From the IMG/VR virus record IMGVR_UViG_3300012988_000018: a stretch of 64,000 nucleotides of DNA. The stretch is one strand, 5' to 3'. Every line of letters starts with the position of its first letter. The first letter of the stretch is position 1. Made by a program: the position numbers and the translations under genes. Below the pieces are notes generated by a model. The model ran no database searches and was not told where the DNA came from. It saw only the letters and a list, made by a program, of their open reading frames with translations. Positions 47,313 to 56,216 of the stretch are shown here, one piece after another. The stretch comes from an uncultured virus (IMG/VR IMGVR_UViG_3300012988_000018) (Duplodnaviria > Heunggongvirae > Uroviricota > Caudoviricetes).

Positions 47313-48314
47313 TTAAACAGCTAGGCCACCTGTGCCAGCTCGGATGAGCTTCACGACCTCTTCTGCACCTCGAGCGAGCTCGACACCCTTAACAGTCGTT
47401 GCCGTGCCTTCGACGAAGCCGAGCAACGAAGCGCCGGCGTGTAACACGCCCTGGATGCCGTTGATCGCAAAGTAGATTAGCAATACCTTGTAAATGAGGC
47501 CCTTTGTCTTGGCGATGGCCTTCTTACCTTCATCGTCAGCCTTGATCTCGATCTCGTTAAGAGGTTCATCGCCAGGCGTCAGTTTGATTCCCATCTTCCA
47601 CAGGCCCATGTACACTGCATACGCTAGCCTAAAAGGCATCACAAAATTGACTGTTTTCTGCTCAAAGTGATGCGTGACGTGCTCTGCCTTTTCAAAGAGT
47701 TCAGCCGTACCGTGAGCGCCGAGCACGTTCGCGAGCTTGTGGAGTCCCTTGAACAGAAGGGGTAGCCCACCCATGATGGCGAGACCGACGCCAGCCGCTC
47801 CGATCACACCAAACTCATTGAGCTGCTCCTTTGGCAGGTTAGCGTGTTGGGTCTCAGCTAAGACAGCATAGATCTCGGGGATGTACTTTCCTTCTGTCTT
47901 AGCGTCAGCGGACTTCGCCTTGTCGTGCACCGGACCCTCGAGGTCCTGTTGAACGATCGCTAACGCGTTATCTTTGTTGATCTTTCCGAGTTCTTTGGCG
48001 TCTTGCAATCCCTTGTCCATCTGGAACGTCTCACCGGTCTGTTCCATCGCGTGCTTGAGAACCTGAAGGATCTGCTTAGCTTCGGGTGGGATCTCAGTAA
48101 GCTTGCTCGAAGCCGTGACGATCGCTTTCGCCCACTTGTCTGCGACTTGCTTGAATTGTTTTGTCACGTATGCTGACAGCTTTTGCAAGCCTGACTTAGC
48201 ATCATCGAACAGGCCTTCCTTGATCAGGTACTGATCGATCAACTCATCGACGATGATCTTACGTAACTGTGCCTCGGTGATTATCGGACGAGCGCGGGTC
48301 GATCGTTTCTTCAT
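47313..48314 (-). CDS. putative internal virion protein with leader and hydrophobic helices
   Basis: IITEAQLRKIIVDE; LNEFGVIGAAGVGLAIMGGLPLLF; ATACTTA upstream. Confidence 0.6.
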   Translation of the reverse strand: MKKRSTRARPIITEAQLRKIIVDELIDQYLIKEGLFDDAKSGLQKLSAYVTKQFKQVADKWAKAIVTASSKLTEIPPEAKQILQVLKHAMEQTGETFQMDKGLQDAKELGKINKDNALAIVQQDLEGPVHDKAKSADAKTEGKYIPEIYAVLAETQHANLPKEQLNEFGVIGAAGVGLAIMGGLPLLFKGLHKLANVLGAHGTAELFEKAEHVTHHFEQKTVNFVMPFRLAYAVYMGLWKMGIKLTPGDEPLNEIEIKADDEGKKAIAKTKGLIYKVLLIYFAINGIQGVLHAGASLLGFVEGTATTVKGVELARGAEEVVKLIRAGTGGLAV

Positions 48315-48336
48315 GGCTGCGACTGGTAAGTATCGA

Positions 48337-49329
48337 TCACAACATCAGCGTTGTCCGAGACACCCTACCTAATCGGGTCAAAAACGCTGACTTCCAGTCT
48401 GCTGGCCTTGCTAGGCTCAGAGCTTCTGCAAACTGTTCTTTGGTCGCGCTGCCTGGATCACCGAACGATCGGGTGTCGACCAACACAACGCTAACGTCGT
48501 AATCAGCTAGCTTCTTAGCCATCTTTAGCGTCTTCGTCTCCCACATGTCACCGTCGAGCGCCAGAGCAATTGGTGTTCCGTTCGCAATGATCATGTTGAA
48601 CAAAACAGACTGCTCGTTGAGGTCTGACCCTAACAAGGGCACGGTGTTGTCGATGCACTTGAACATGTCGAACACGCCTTCACAGATCACCAGCTGCTGG
48701 GTCCAATCAACGTTGATCTCGTTGAAAATGACTGGCAGCTTGTCATGATCTGGGTTGTCATATCTCGGTTGCCTAGACCTGTCGATGGCTCGAGCGACGA
48801 AGTAATTGAGTTGACCCATAGCGTCAAAAGAAGGCACGATGACACGACGGCGCCAGCGCCCCTCATCTGAGACGCAAAGCTTGAAGTACCACATGTCACG
48901 CTCTGTCAGGCCCCTGTCGGCAACGTAACGCCAGGCGGCCCGAGCATCAGGTTCGTTACCAGCCATCACTAACAGCTTAGAGTCATTAGGCAACTCAAGC
49001 CTCTTGGGTTCATCTTGGACGTCGACGATCATGCAACGCCTAGAACGCTCGCGCTCCTCAGCTGTCATGAACTTCTCTCGGTACTCGTTCAGACGCTCGA
49101 GAGTGCTATATTTTCGAAGCAAGGGCGCGAGCGTGTGTGCACGCCAGCCGCACGTCCAACAGTGATTCCTGTCATCATCGATCCGGATCGCCAGCTTTTT
49201 CTTTGATGGGTCCTTGGGATCGCAGATCGGACACCTGACGTCCATGTTCTTGCTGTTGCGAGCGAGCCTGCCTGCGCCGAAGCACTGTTCGATAAATCGA
49301 ACCTTGTCTGAGAGGGTGACGACTGACAC
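48337..49329 (-). CDS. DNA primase
   Basis: CPIC...HCWTCG Zn finger, ICEGVFD, ALDGD TOPRIM motifs. Confidence 0.9.
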   Translation of the reverse strand: MSVVTLSDKVRFIEQCFGAGRLARNSKNMDVRCPICDPKDPSKKKLAIRIDDDRNHCWTCGWRAHTLAPLLRKYSTLERLNEYREKFMTAEERERSRRCMIVDVQDEPKRLELPNDSKLLVMAGNEPDARAAWRYVADRGLTERDMWYFKLCVSDEGRWRRRVIVPSFDAMGQLNYFVARAIDRSRQPRYDNPDHDKLPVIFNEINVDWTQQLVICEGVFDMFKCIDNTVPLLGSDLNEQSVLFNMIIANGTPIALALDGDMWETKTLKMAKKLADYDVSVVLVDTRSFGDPGSATKEQFAEALSLARPADWKSAFLTRLGRVSRTTLML

Positions 49330-49988
49330 TACGGTCTCAAAGTAACCCCAGCAGCCACCTTTGGTTTGGCGACCTTCTTTGGCTTCTTCACCAACGGTTG
49401 GATGGGACCACAGACGGTCGCAGCTCGGGCGATGACGTACGCGTCACAGGCGTCCCTGGACCACTCGACCTGCTTTCCATTCTTCTTGGTTGGCCACTGC
49501 ACGTGTGACAGGTCATTAGCGACCATGTGTGCAAAGACCTGTTCTTTCTGAGGACCACCCACCGCGGTGCGTTGGAGCTTGATGCCACACAGCTTACGTG
49601 CGTGAGCTGAGCCGATGTACTCAGGATCGCACTTGAACACCATCCGCGTGACGTAACTGACGATCCCATTAAAACGCATCAGAGTTGAGATAGTCTGAGC
49701 GCTTGACATGCCGGGACGAAATCCCATCAACGGTTCCTCAAGAACGACTCGAGTTGGACAGTAGAACCCATTCCTAGGTAACCTCTCATCATCGAACGAG
49801 TTCCTGATGACGTCTGCCATGTAATGGTACACGACGTCCGCCTTGTCCCACAGGGTCTTGCAACCCTTGAAATCGATGTGATCAAGCAAGACGATGTGAG
49901 AACCCTTGGCATCGGGCTCGATCGCGTCATCAACGATGCAAACGCCGACGATACTTGTGCTCACGTCTAAACCCATCAAGAGAGGCAT
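49329..49988 (-). CDS. RuvC-like Holliday junction resolvase
   Basis: MGLDVSTSIVG, VLEEP, KEQV, DACDAYVIA. Confidence 0.85.
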   Translation of the reverse strand: MPLLMGLDVSTSIVGVCIVDDAIEPDAKGSHIVLLDHIDFKGCKTLWDKADVVYHYMADVIRNSFDDERLPRNGFYCPTRVVLEEPLMGFRPGMSSAQTISTLMRFNGIVSYVTRMVFKCDPEYIGSAHARKLCGIKLQRTAVGGPQKEQVFAHMVANDLSHVQWPTKKNGKQVEWSRDACDAYVIARAATVCGPIQPLVKKPKKVAKPKVAAGVTLRP

Positions 49989-50025
49989 GGTAATTATCAG
50001 CCCTCAGGATGGCCCTCGTAAAACC

Positions 50026-50424
50026 CTATTTCAGCAGACCAAGTAGCTTCAATTCGACCTCTGTGATCACTTCTAGGGCCACGCCGTGGGTCGAGCACCA
50101 TTCCTGGGCGGCCTTGAGCTTCTTGACAACCTTCACCTGGCTCGCGCGCCTCTTGGGTTTGATCTCGACGAGAACCTTTCTGTCCGAGTATTCAACGAGG
50201 AAGTCTGGGAAGTAGTTACGTAGCTTCCCGGTCCGGAGGTTGCTGACGTACGGGATCTTGGTCTTTTCGTAAGAGTACGTGACGACATCTACGTTCGCGT
50301 CCAACCATTGCATGTACGAGAGCTCCCACCCTGACCTGTACTTGCACTCACCCGCTTTTGGAGAGAGGTGCAGGCCCGTGTGATAGTGACGCTTACGCTT
50401 GCGACGTGTCTTACGTTTAGCCAA
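50026..50424 (-). CDS. head completion nuclease (T4 gp4 / TnsA N-terminal-like)
   Basis: YRSGWE, YFPDF, VEIKP; probable TTG start. Confidence 0.75.
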   Translation of the reverse strand: MAKRKTRRKRKRHYHTGLHLSPKAGECKYRSGWELSYMQWLDANVDVVTYSYEKTKIPYVSNLRTGKLRNYFPDFLVEYSDRKVLVEIKPKRRASQVKVVKKLKAAQEWCSTHGVALEVITEVELKLLGLLK

Positions 50425-50713
50425 GCAGCTCGCCTTCAGCAAACATCCCAGCCGTCGACGGACCGTCAGAGAACCTCTTCGGGTTGCTGATCAGCTGGAA
50501 GCTGACGCCTTTTCCGAAGTCCTGTTCCGATGGCGCAGCGACCCACCTTAGGTCACCGTCAAAGACAAGGGCGCTGACCTGCTTGTCAGCGACAAAACAA
50601 AGCGACCACATGCGTCTGTTCTCAGCACGTCCCAACAAGATGCCAGGGCACACCAAACGATTGGGGGGAAAGTTGAAGTAAGGTTGGTCAACAAAACGAA
50701 CGCGAGCTCTCAT
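50417..50713 (-). CDS. hypothetical protein
   Basis: GAGG RBS; 98 aa. Confidence 0.55.
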   Translation of the reverse strand: MRARVRFVDQPYFNFPPNRLVCPGILLGRAENRRMWSLCFVADKQVSALVFDGDLRWVAAPSEQDFGKGVSFQLISNPKRFSDGPSTAGMFAEGELLG

Positions 50714-50737
50714 GGGTCCTCATAGTGTGTCGTGAGA

Positions 50738-53320
50738 TCAAAAGTCATGTTTGATCTTGAACATTATGCGATCGCCATGGCGTTTCATGATGGGTTGGGC
50801 GAGCTGCGTCTTCATGACGACGTTGTAATTGTCATCGTGGAAGTTCAAGGCGGTGATGTAAACGAACTCCTTCTCAGGATCGTTCGGGTACGGCGAAGGT
50901 GGCACCTTCATGAAGTTTGGGTTCGACGAAGAGTTGAGTTGGTTCGCTGCAGCCATCACGTCAATCGTCATGACATGGACGCTCTGGTCTCCCTTGAAGC
51001 TGATCTCGTAACCCTCCTTGCCAAAGAAGTAGAGATGCGGGCTCTTCAAGGCGATGATGCCTTCATCATAAAAGATCGTTCCGACAGAGTTCCATGTCGA
51101 GGCACTCGTCAGGCTGTCAGCTCTGTAGATCGTGCCTCGACCATCGTCCTTGAGGGTGACCTTAACAGCACCACCAGAACCGCTCAAGCTCGGATCTGTC
51201 AATTCAAGTGAGCCTGGCAGGATGCGCTTGCCATAGAACAGGTTGCTGATGTCAAAGAATGTTACCTGGTTCGATGACGGATCGCGAGTGCGTTGGTACA
51301 CCGTCAGGGGTGCGCCCATCTGGATGCCCGGATCGAACGTTCCTGATGCAACAGACTTATCGATGGTGTCGACGTACTGGTTGAACGCTCGGCCGGGAGG
51401 CAGGCCAGGTTGCTCTGGCGTGAAACCTATCGACTCGTTAACGTACGACAGGTCGCCGTCAAAGTCTGATCCAAACAACAACGATGATGACAGGACGAGC
51501 TCGTCCAAGTGAATGAAACTCAACTCTTCTAGGCCTAGGTCATCAACCGCGCTGGATTGTAAGCTCTCTGAGGCTAGCAATTCGAAACTGGGAACGAAAA
51601 GACCGTCGTCACACGGCATCAGGAACAGGTTCCGTCGACGAACAAAGGGTTGGTCGTATAGAAAATCGTTGGCCGAGCGGGCCTGCGTCGAGTTCATGAT
51701 CGCCACACCTGTCATGTGATGCAGGCGTGGGAACACGTTTGAGGCAAAATCCCTCACAAAGTTCTCGATGTTGATGTAATGACCGGCTACGCCGAACGAC
51801 ATCGCTACGTTGAACGGGTCGCTAGTCGTCCCGTCGACCTCAAAGAAAGGCGTCTGTAGGATACCTCCTATGTCACCCACGAACTGTCTGAACGGTGACT
51901 CTTCGACGAAGAACGGTGGCAAATAGAACGCGATGTAATTGGGATCGATCGACTTTGGGCTGACAGACGACGATTGCTCGACGTCAAGGTCTGACATGTA
52001 ATAGCGCTTGATCGCGAGATCGTGCACTTGAGCGTTCAACGGGTGATTGAATCCGTAGAAGATGGGCTCGTCCTGGGTGTCGTCCTCGATCATCTGATGA
52101 AGACCGTCGCGCAAGGCTGGGTTCGGAGCAAAGAAAAACGCTTGGGCGTCGAACCCGTTGTTTCTGCCTTCGTAGTAGTTGCCGACGCACAACACGTCTG
52201 GGTTGGCTCGAGTGGCGCTGACGAACAACCTCGGAGCGACCGTGCCTGATGGGACGACGAAGCTGCCTCGCTTGGCACCGTCGACAATGAAAGAACCGGT
52301 TCCTTGGTCGATCTGATCCGTGCCCCACCTGACGATGACGTGGTGCCAGTTGTTCCATAACAACGAGTTGTCATCAGAAAGAAATGCTAGGTCAGCGGGG
52401 GCGTAACCCAACCTGGTGTTCAAGCCACCTGAATGATACGCTCTGTTCGGATCTAGCCCCACGTCTCCCGCTCGAGTTTGTCTGAGGACCGAAGGTGGGA
52501 TGTCAGCGCTGTGGCTCAGCTGAAGCTGGATCCTAAACGCTAACGGGCGGCCGTTCTGATCTTTTGCTGAACCGGTGACGAGCGAGACGGCATAGGTCGA
52601 CGACAGGTGTAGGATCGTCCCTGCCTTAAAGGCGCCGTCAGGTCGATCGGGCTGGTACTTCGGATTGATGTAGAAATCAAAGCTGACTGACCCACTTGGG
52701 GTATATGTTCCTGAGACGTAACCCTCGTGCTCGATGCCGCTATCGATGTTTGGGTACAGCATCACTGATGAGGTCGGCACCGTCGATGACGTGAAGAAGT
52801 TAAGGCAGTTGTAGTTGGTGTAAGCCCAATGGGCAGACGGATACGTCGTCCTGTAGTACGAAGATAGCTGGTCCTTGACGACTAGCTTTCTCAACGTGTT
52901 TGACGTGAAATCGACCGAAGGCGTGAACCTGATGATGTTCAACAGCTTCTGCTTGCGCGCGGAGACGCCTTGTTGTGTCACCTTTGACATGTAGTCATCA
53001 AGCATGCCATTGAACGCGATGGTCGATGAAACGACAAAGTCTGACGTTGCGAGCAGGCCGGCGATGCCGACGCCATCAACGATCATCGCGTTACGGCCCA
53101 TGTTCTGGACCGACCTGAGAGTCGTCGTCAGGTCCGTGTCGTTTGCTGTCGCGTCAATGAATGACGAGAGCGGTTCGGGTTCTTTCTCGATGCTAGACCG
53201 GCGAGCAAAGACGTACACAGAACCGGTCGCGCCAGCAGAGCTCGTGACAAAATGTCGTGACGGGTTGGTCACAACCGTGAATGACTCTACGTCCCCTGTT
53301 TCGACCTTAAAGAATGACAT
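50738..53320 (-). CDS. baseplate/tail-collar-type virion protein with LamG-like domain
   Basis: NNWHHVIVRW; VGTIFYDEG; C-terminal YITALNFHDDNYNVV..QLAQPIMK paralogous to the 54983 gene. Confidence 0.65.
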   Translation of the reverse strand: MSFFKVETGDVESFTVVTNPSRHFVTSSAGATGSVYVFARRSSIEKEPEPLSSFIDATANDTDLTTTLRSVQNMGRNAMIVDGVGIAGLLATSDFVVSSTIAFNGMLDDYMSKVTQQGVSARKQKLLNIIRFTPSVDFTSNTLRKLVVKDQLSSYYRTTYPSAHWAYTNYNCLNFFTSSTVPTSSVMLYPNIDSGIEHEGYVSGTYTPSGSVSFDFYINPKYQPDRPDGAFKAGTILHLSSTYAVSLVTGSAKDQNGRPLAFRIQLQLSHSADIPPSVLRQTRAGDVGLDPNRAYHSGGLNTRLGYAPADLAFLSDDNSLLWNNWHHVIVRWGTDQIDQGTGSFIVDGAKRGSFVVPSGTVAPRLFVSATRANPDVLCVGNYYEGRNNGFDAQAFFFAPNPALRDGLHQMIEDDTQDEPIFYGFNHPLNAQVHDLAIKRYYMSDLDVEQSSSVSPKSIDPNYIAFYLPPFFVEESPFRQFVGDIGGILQTPFFEVDGTTSDPFNVAMSFGVAGHYINIENFVRDFASNVFPRLHHMTGVAIMNSTQARSANDFLYDQPFVRRRNLFLMPCDDGLFVPSFELLASESLQSSAVDDLGLEELSFIHLDELVLSSSLLFGSDFDGDLSYVNESIGFTPEQPGLPPGRAFNQYVDTIDKSVASGTFDPGIQMGAPLTVYQRTRDPSSNQVTFFDISNLFYGKRILPGSLELTDPSLSGSGGAVKVTLKDDGRGTIYRADSLTSASTWNSVGTIFYDEGIIALKSPHLYFFGKEGYEISFKGDQSVHVMTIDVMAAANQLNSSSNPNFMKVPPSPYPNDPEKEFVYITALNFHDDNYNVVMKTQLAQPIMKRHGDRIMFKIKHDF

Positions 53321-53365
53321 CAGGCTCGTTCGTAACTATACGCCGTGGTGAAGGGGCCTGGCCAC

Positions 53366-53578
53366 CTATCTTTCGCCCTGGACGAAACTACCGCTGACAA
53401 GCCCATTGATCTCAAGCGTGAACCCAGGATGATCAGTGACCCATTGGGGCTGGTACTGATACGTCGGTTGAGGAGGTTTCCACCCAAACGTCAACGAGAC
53501 CCTTGGACACGCACAGCGTCCACATATCGAACAACCTCCACGACACGTGGGACAGTTGATGCAATGGTGTGCTGACAT
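53366..53578 (-). CDS. small Cys-rich hypothetical protein
   Basis: CINCPTC..CSICGRC; start overlaps the upstream stop. Confidence 0.45.
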   Translation of the reverse strand: MSAHHCINCPTCRGGCSICGRCACPRVSLTFGWKPPQPTYQYQPQWVTDHPGFTLEINGLVSGSFVQGER

Positions 53579-53967
53579 CAGTGAGATACTAACGCAACGT
53601 GGGCGTTTTGTAACCTCTTGACCTTCGTCTTCATCTTCTCAACGTACTCCTCACGTTTGAAGAACATCGGACGAGACCAAAAACCAACGTCTTTCGAGAG
53701 GTCCTGCGCCTGCTGAGCGAACCGGACCAGCGCAGGGGCCTTCGGGTTACGATTAGTTTGCATCCATTTTGCGATCGAGGCAGACTGGTCAGCTAGCTGC
53801 TTGAGCTTGTCAGCCGCTTCCTTGTCAACGTCTCCAGCTACCAGGCTGTCGACGAATTGCTCAGCTGCGTCAGCAGTCGCATCGACGATGCTCTGGGCAC
53901 GTTGTTCAGGGGCTGGGGCGAGAGCCTCGACGAGGATGCGCTTGAGTTGGCCGACGGTGAGCTTCAT
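53578..53967 (-). CDS. protein with capsid-targeting-like leader
   Basis: MKLTVGQLKRILVEAL; ATACTTA upstream. Confidence 0.7.
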   Translation of the reverse strand: MKLTVGQLKRILVEALAPAPEQRAQSIVDATADAAEQFVDSLVAGDVDKEAADKLKQLADQSASIAKWMQTNRNPKAPALVRFAQQAQDLSKDVGFWSRPMFFKREEYVEKMKTKVKRLQNAHVALVSH

Positions 53968-53984
53968 GTTGGGTAAGTATCACT

Positions 53985-54932
53985 TCACACCAACTCATCT
54001 TCCGTGACAGTCAAGAAAGTAACGTGGTTCGTCTGACACCAGGCGACCGCAGCAGCCTGTTTAGCAACGTTGAGAGCTGTCTCGGTCAGCAATTTCGGCT
54101 TGACCTCGACGAGAAAGACACCTGACAGGCGGGTGACCAAGAAATCAGGCACGTAGTTGCGAACAGATCCTTCGAACACGTATGGGATGCGAAACGGCTC
54201 GTGTTCCCAAGACACGACATCCTCGCCCTCGTCTAACATCCGAGCGTAAGCGCTCTCGAACGATGACCTGAGATAGCACGTGATGCCGCCATTCTTAACG
54301 CCAACGTAGTGCTCGCCTTTGAAACCAGTCGAAGGAGGTGACCACGAACCGCTCACCATCTTGTCAGCGACGATGATCGAGATCTTTTCACCGAGGGCAC
54401 GCAAACGAGAATCTGTTTTAGCAGTCAGTCCTCGTGACCAAGAAGGTCTGCCCAACATAGATCCTGGTTTGCCAAACATACCGTTGTTTTCACCGCTATT
54501 CGAACACTCATATCCACAAAATCGTTGATCTCGCTTGACAAACGAGACCGTGAACTCCTGCTTGCACCACTCACACGTCTTGGTGACATCAGGCTGTCTC
54601 GTCTGTCGCGTTGACAGGAAGCAGTCATACGAGCAGTACTTGGCGTCGTCCTTGTACGACTGCACCGCCTCATAGTCCTTGCCGCAGGCGAGACACTGCT
54701 TGGTGACACGTGTCGTCAGCGTCTTAGAGATCGCTGTCTTGGCACATTCCATCCCACAGGTCTTCTGGCCCCTGAAACGATAGGCGACGGTGAACGTCTT
54801 GCTGCACGTTTCACACGTCAGGGTAACAGGATCGAAGCGTTTCGCGAAGCAATCGTGTGAACAGTACTTCTTGTCCTTCTTGTGTGACTTGAAGCTGATC
54901 CCACATTTTTGACAAGTGTAGTCATGCACCAT
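53985..54932 (-). CDS. free-standing endonuclease: tandem Zn ribbons + TnsA-like PD-(D/E)xK domain
   Basis: Four CxxC...CxxxC repeats; LRSSFE, HEPFRIPY, YVPDF, VEVKP. Confidence 0.8.
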   Translation of the reverse strand: MVHDYTCQKCGISFKSHKKDKKYCSHDCFAKRFDPVTLTCETCSKTFTVAYRFRGQKTCGMECAKTAISKTLTTRVTKQCLACGKDYEAVQSYKDDAKYCSYDCFLSTRQTRQPDVTKTCEWCKQEFTVSFVKRDQRFCGYECSNSGENNGMFGKPGSMLGRPSWSRGLTAKTDSRLRALGEKISIIVADKMVSGSWSPPSTGFKGEHYVGVKNGGITCYLRSSFESAYARMLDEGEDVVSWEHEPFRIPYVFEGSVRNYVPDFLVTRLSGVFLVEVKPKLLTETALNVAKQAAAVAWCQTNHVTFLTVTEDELV

Positions 54933-54982
54933 CAAGTAATGATACAACGCTTTGTTAAGATGTTTACCAGTAGAAAATCGTC

Positions 54983-56212
54983 CTAGAAGTCTAACCTGAC
55001 GCGGAACGTGAGGTCCCTCTCTGGTGACTTCTCCACGGGCCGAGACAGCTTCGCAACCGCGAGTAAGTTGTCGTTTGCGTCATACATGCCGACGCTGGTC
55101 ACGAAGGTGAACGACTGTTGCGTGTCCTCCTGACCGATGTCGATGACCTGGATCCTGTTGTCAGTGTCCGTGTACGTTGGGTTCGACGAGTAGTTAAACT
55201 CGTCTGCCTGTGAGCGACAGAAGATCAGGGTGCTGTTGATGTTAGTGACGTTTTGGAACGTGATGGCTGTCTGTGAGCCCGATCCGAACCGACATGACGC
55301 GATGTGATCGATGATGTTGTCGATCGAGGCACTGGTCACGAAGTCCGGGATCATCACTGACGAGGTCTGGGTCTGGGTGCCTGGGCCGCCTAAGGTTATC
55401 CTTCCAAGCGGGTGCATGGCGTCGATCGTTCCCGACATGTACTGGCTCGCGCTGGTCACCTTCGACATGTCGAGGATGACGATGCCACGATCGTAGAACA
55501 TCAGGCCGACGTTACGTGCCGTGTTCGCTGAGTCGACGATGTTTCCGACCTGGCCACCGAACGACGTCAGTTTATTGGTCGCTGCTCCGATGTCCGTGTA
55601 GATAGCTGAGCCTGACGTCGAGGTGACGTAAAGATTTGGTGGTTGTAGCTGCGACTCAGCGGGAGCTGTGCCAGTAGCGTTGTAGTTGATCGACGCCGTC
55701 TGAAAGAACTTCATGGCAAACGTCTCTCGTTTGATCTGATCACGAGCAAAGAGACGCTTGAATGCGATGAACAGGCCCACGTCGATCTGGTCCGCGACGT
55801 CAGACGAGTCAAAGGGCGCCGTGAAGGCCTGCGTTGAATCTCCCAACAACGTGGCAGCGAACTGGCGATACACTTCCATCTTCTCACGCATCATCAACGA
55901 TGACGATGGAAACAGTTCCTTGCCTGCGGCATCAGTTCCCGTCTTGGTCACTGCAACAGTGTTACCATCTGGGAACAGGCCAACCGTCATGTCAAGGACA
56001 GGGTTAGCGGTCTGCAGCGTGAAATCCTGATCAAAGATCGTCTGGAACAACGAGCTCGTCACACCAGGACCGACACCTCCTGTCACGAAAACCTGGTACT
56101 TGCGACGGGAGACTGAACTGCTAACGTCTTCCTGGAGAACGTCTATAAGCTGATTCAGAAAACTCCTCGCTGTCTTAATGTCCGACGGCAAAATTTCTTT
56201 GAAGATTGCGAT
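54983..56212 (-). CDS. baseplate/tail-collar-type virion protein
   Basis: VGLMFYDRG, EFNYSSNPT, VGMYDANDNLLAVAKLSRPVEK..RVRLDF; start either ATC 56212 (after GGAGGG) or ATG 56254. Confidence 0.75.
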   Translation of the reverse strand: MAIFKEILPSDIKTARSFLNQLIDVLQEDVSSSVSRRKYQVFVTGGVGPGVTSSLFQTIFDQDFTLQTANPVLDMTVGLFPDGNTVAVTKTGTDAAGKELFPSSSLMMREKMEVYRQFAATLLGDSTQAFTAPFDSSDVADQIDVGLFIAFKRLFARDQIKRETFAMKFFQTASINYNATGTAPAESQLQPPNLYVTSTSGSAIYTDIGAATNKLTSFGGQVGNIVDSANTARNVGLMFYDRGIVILDMSKVTSASQYMSGTIDAMHPLGRITLGGPGTQTQTSSVMIPDFVTSASIDNIIDHIASCRFGSGSQTAITFQNVTNINSTLIFCRSQADEFNYSSNPTYTDTDNRIQVIDIGQEDTQQSFTFVTSVGMYDANDNLLAVAKLSRPVEKSPERDLTFRVRLDF

Positions 56213-56216
56213 TTTT

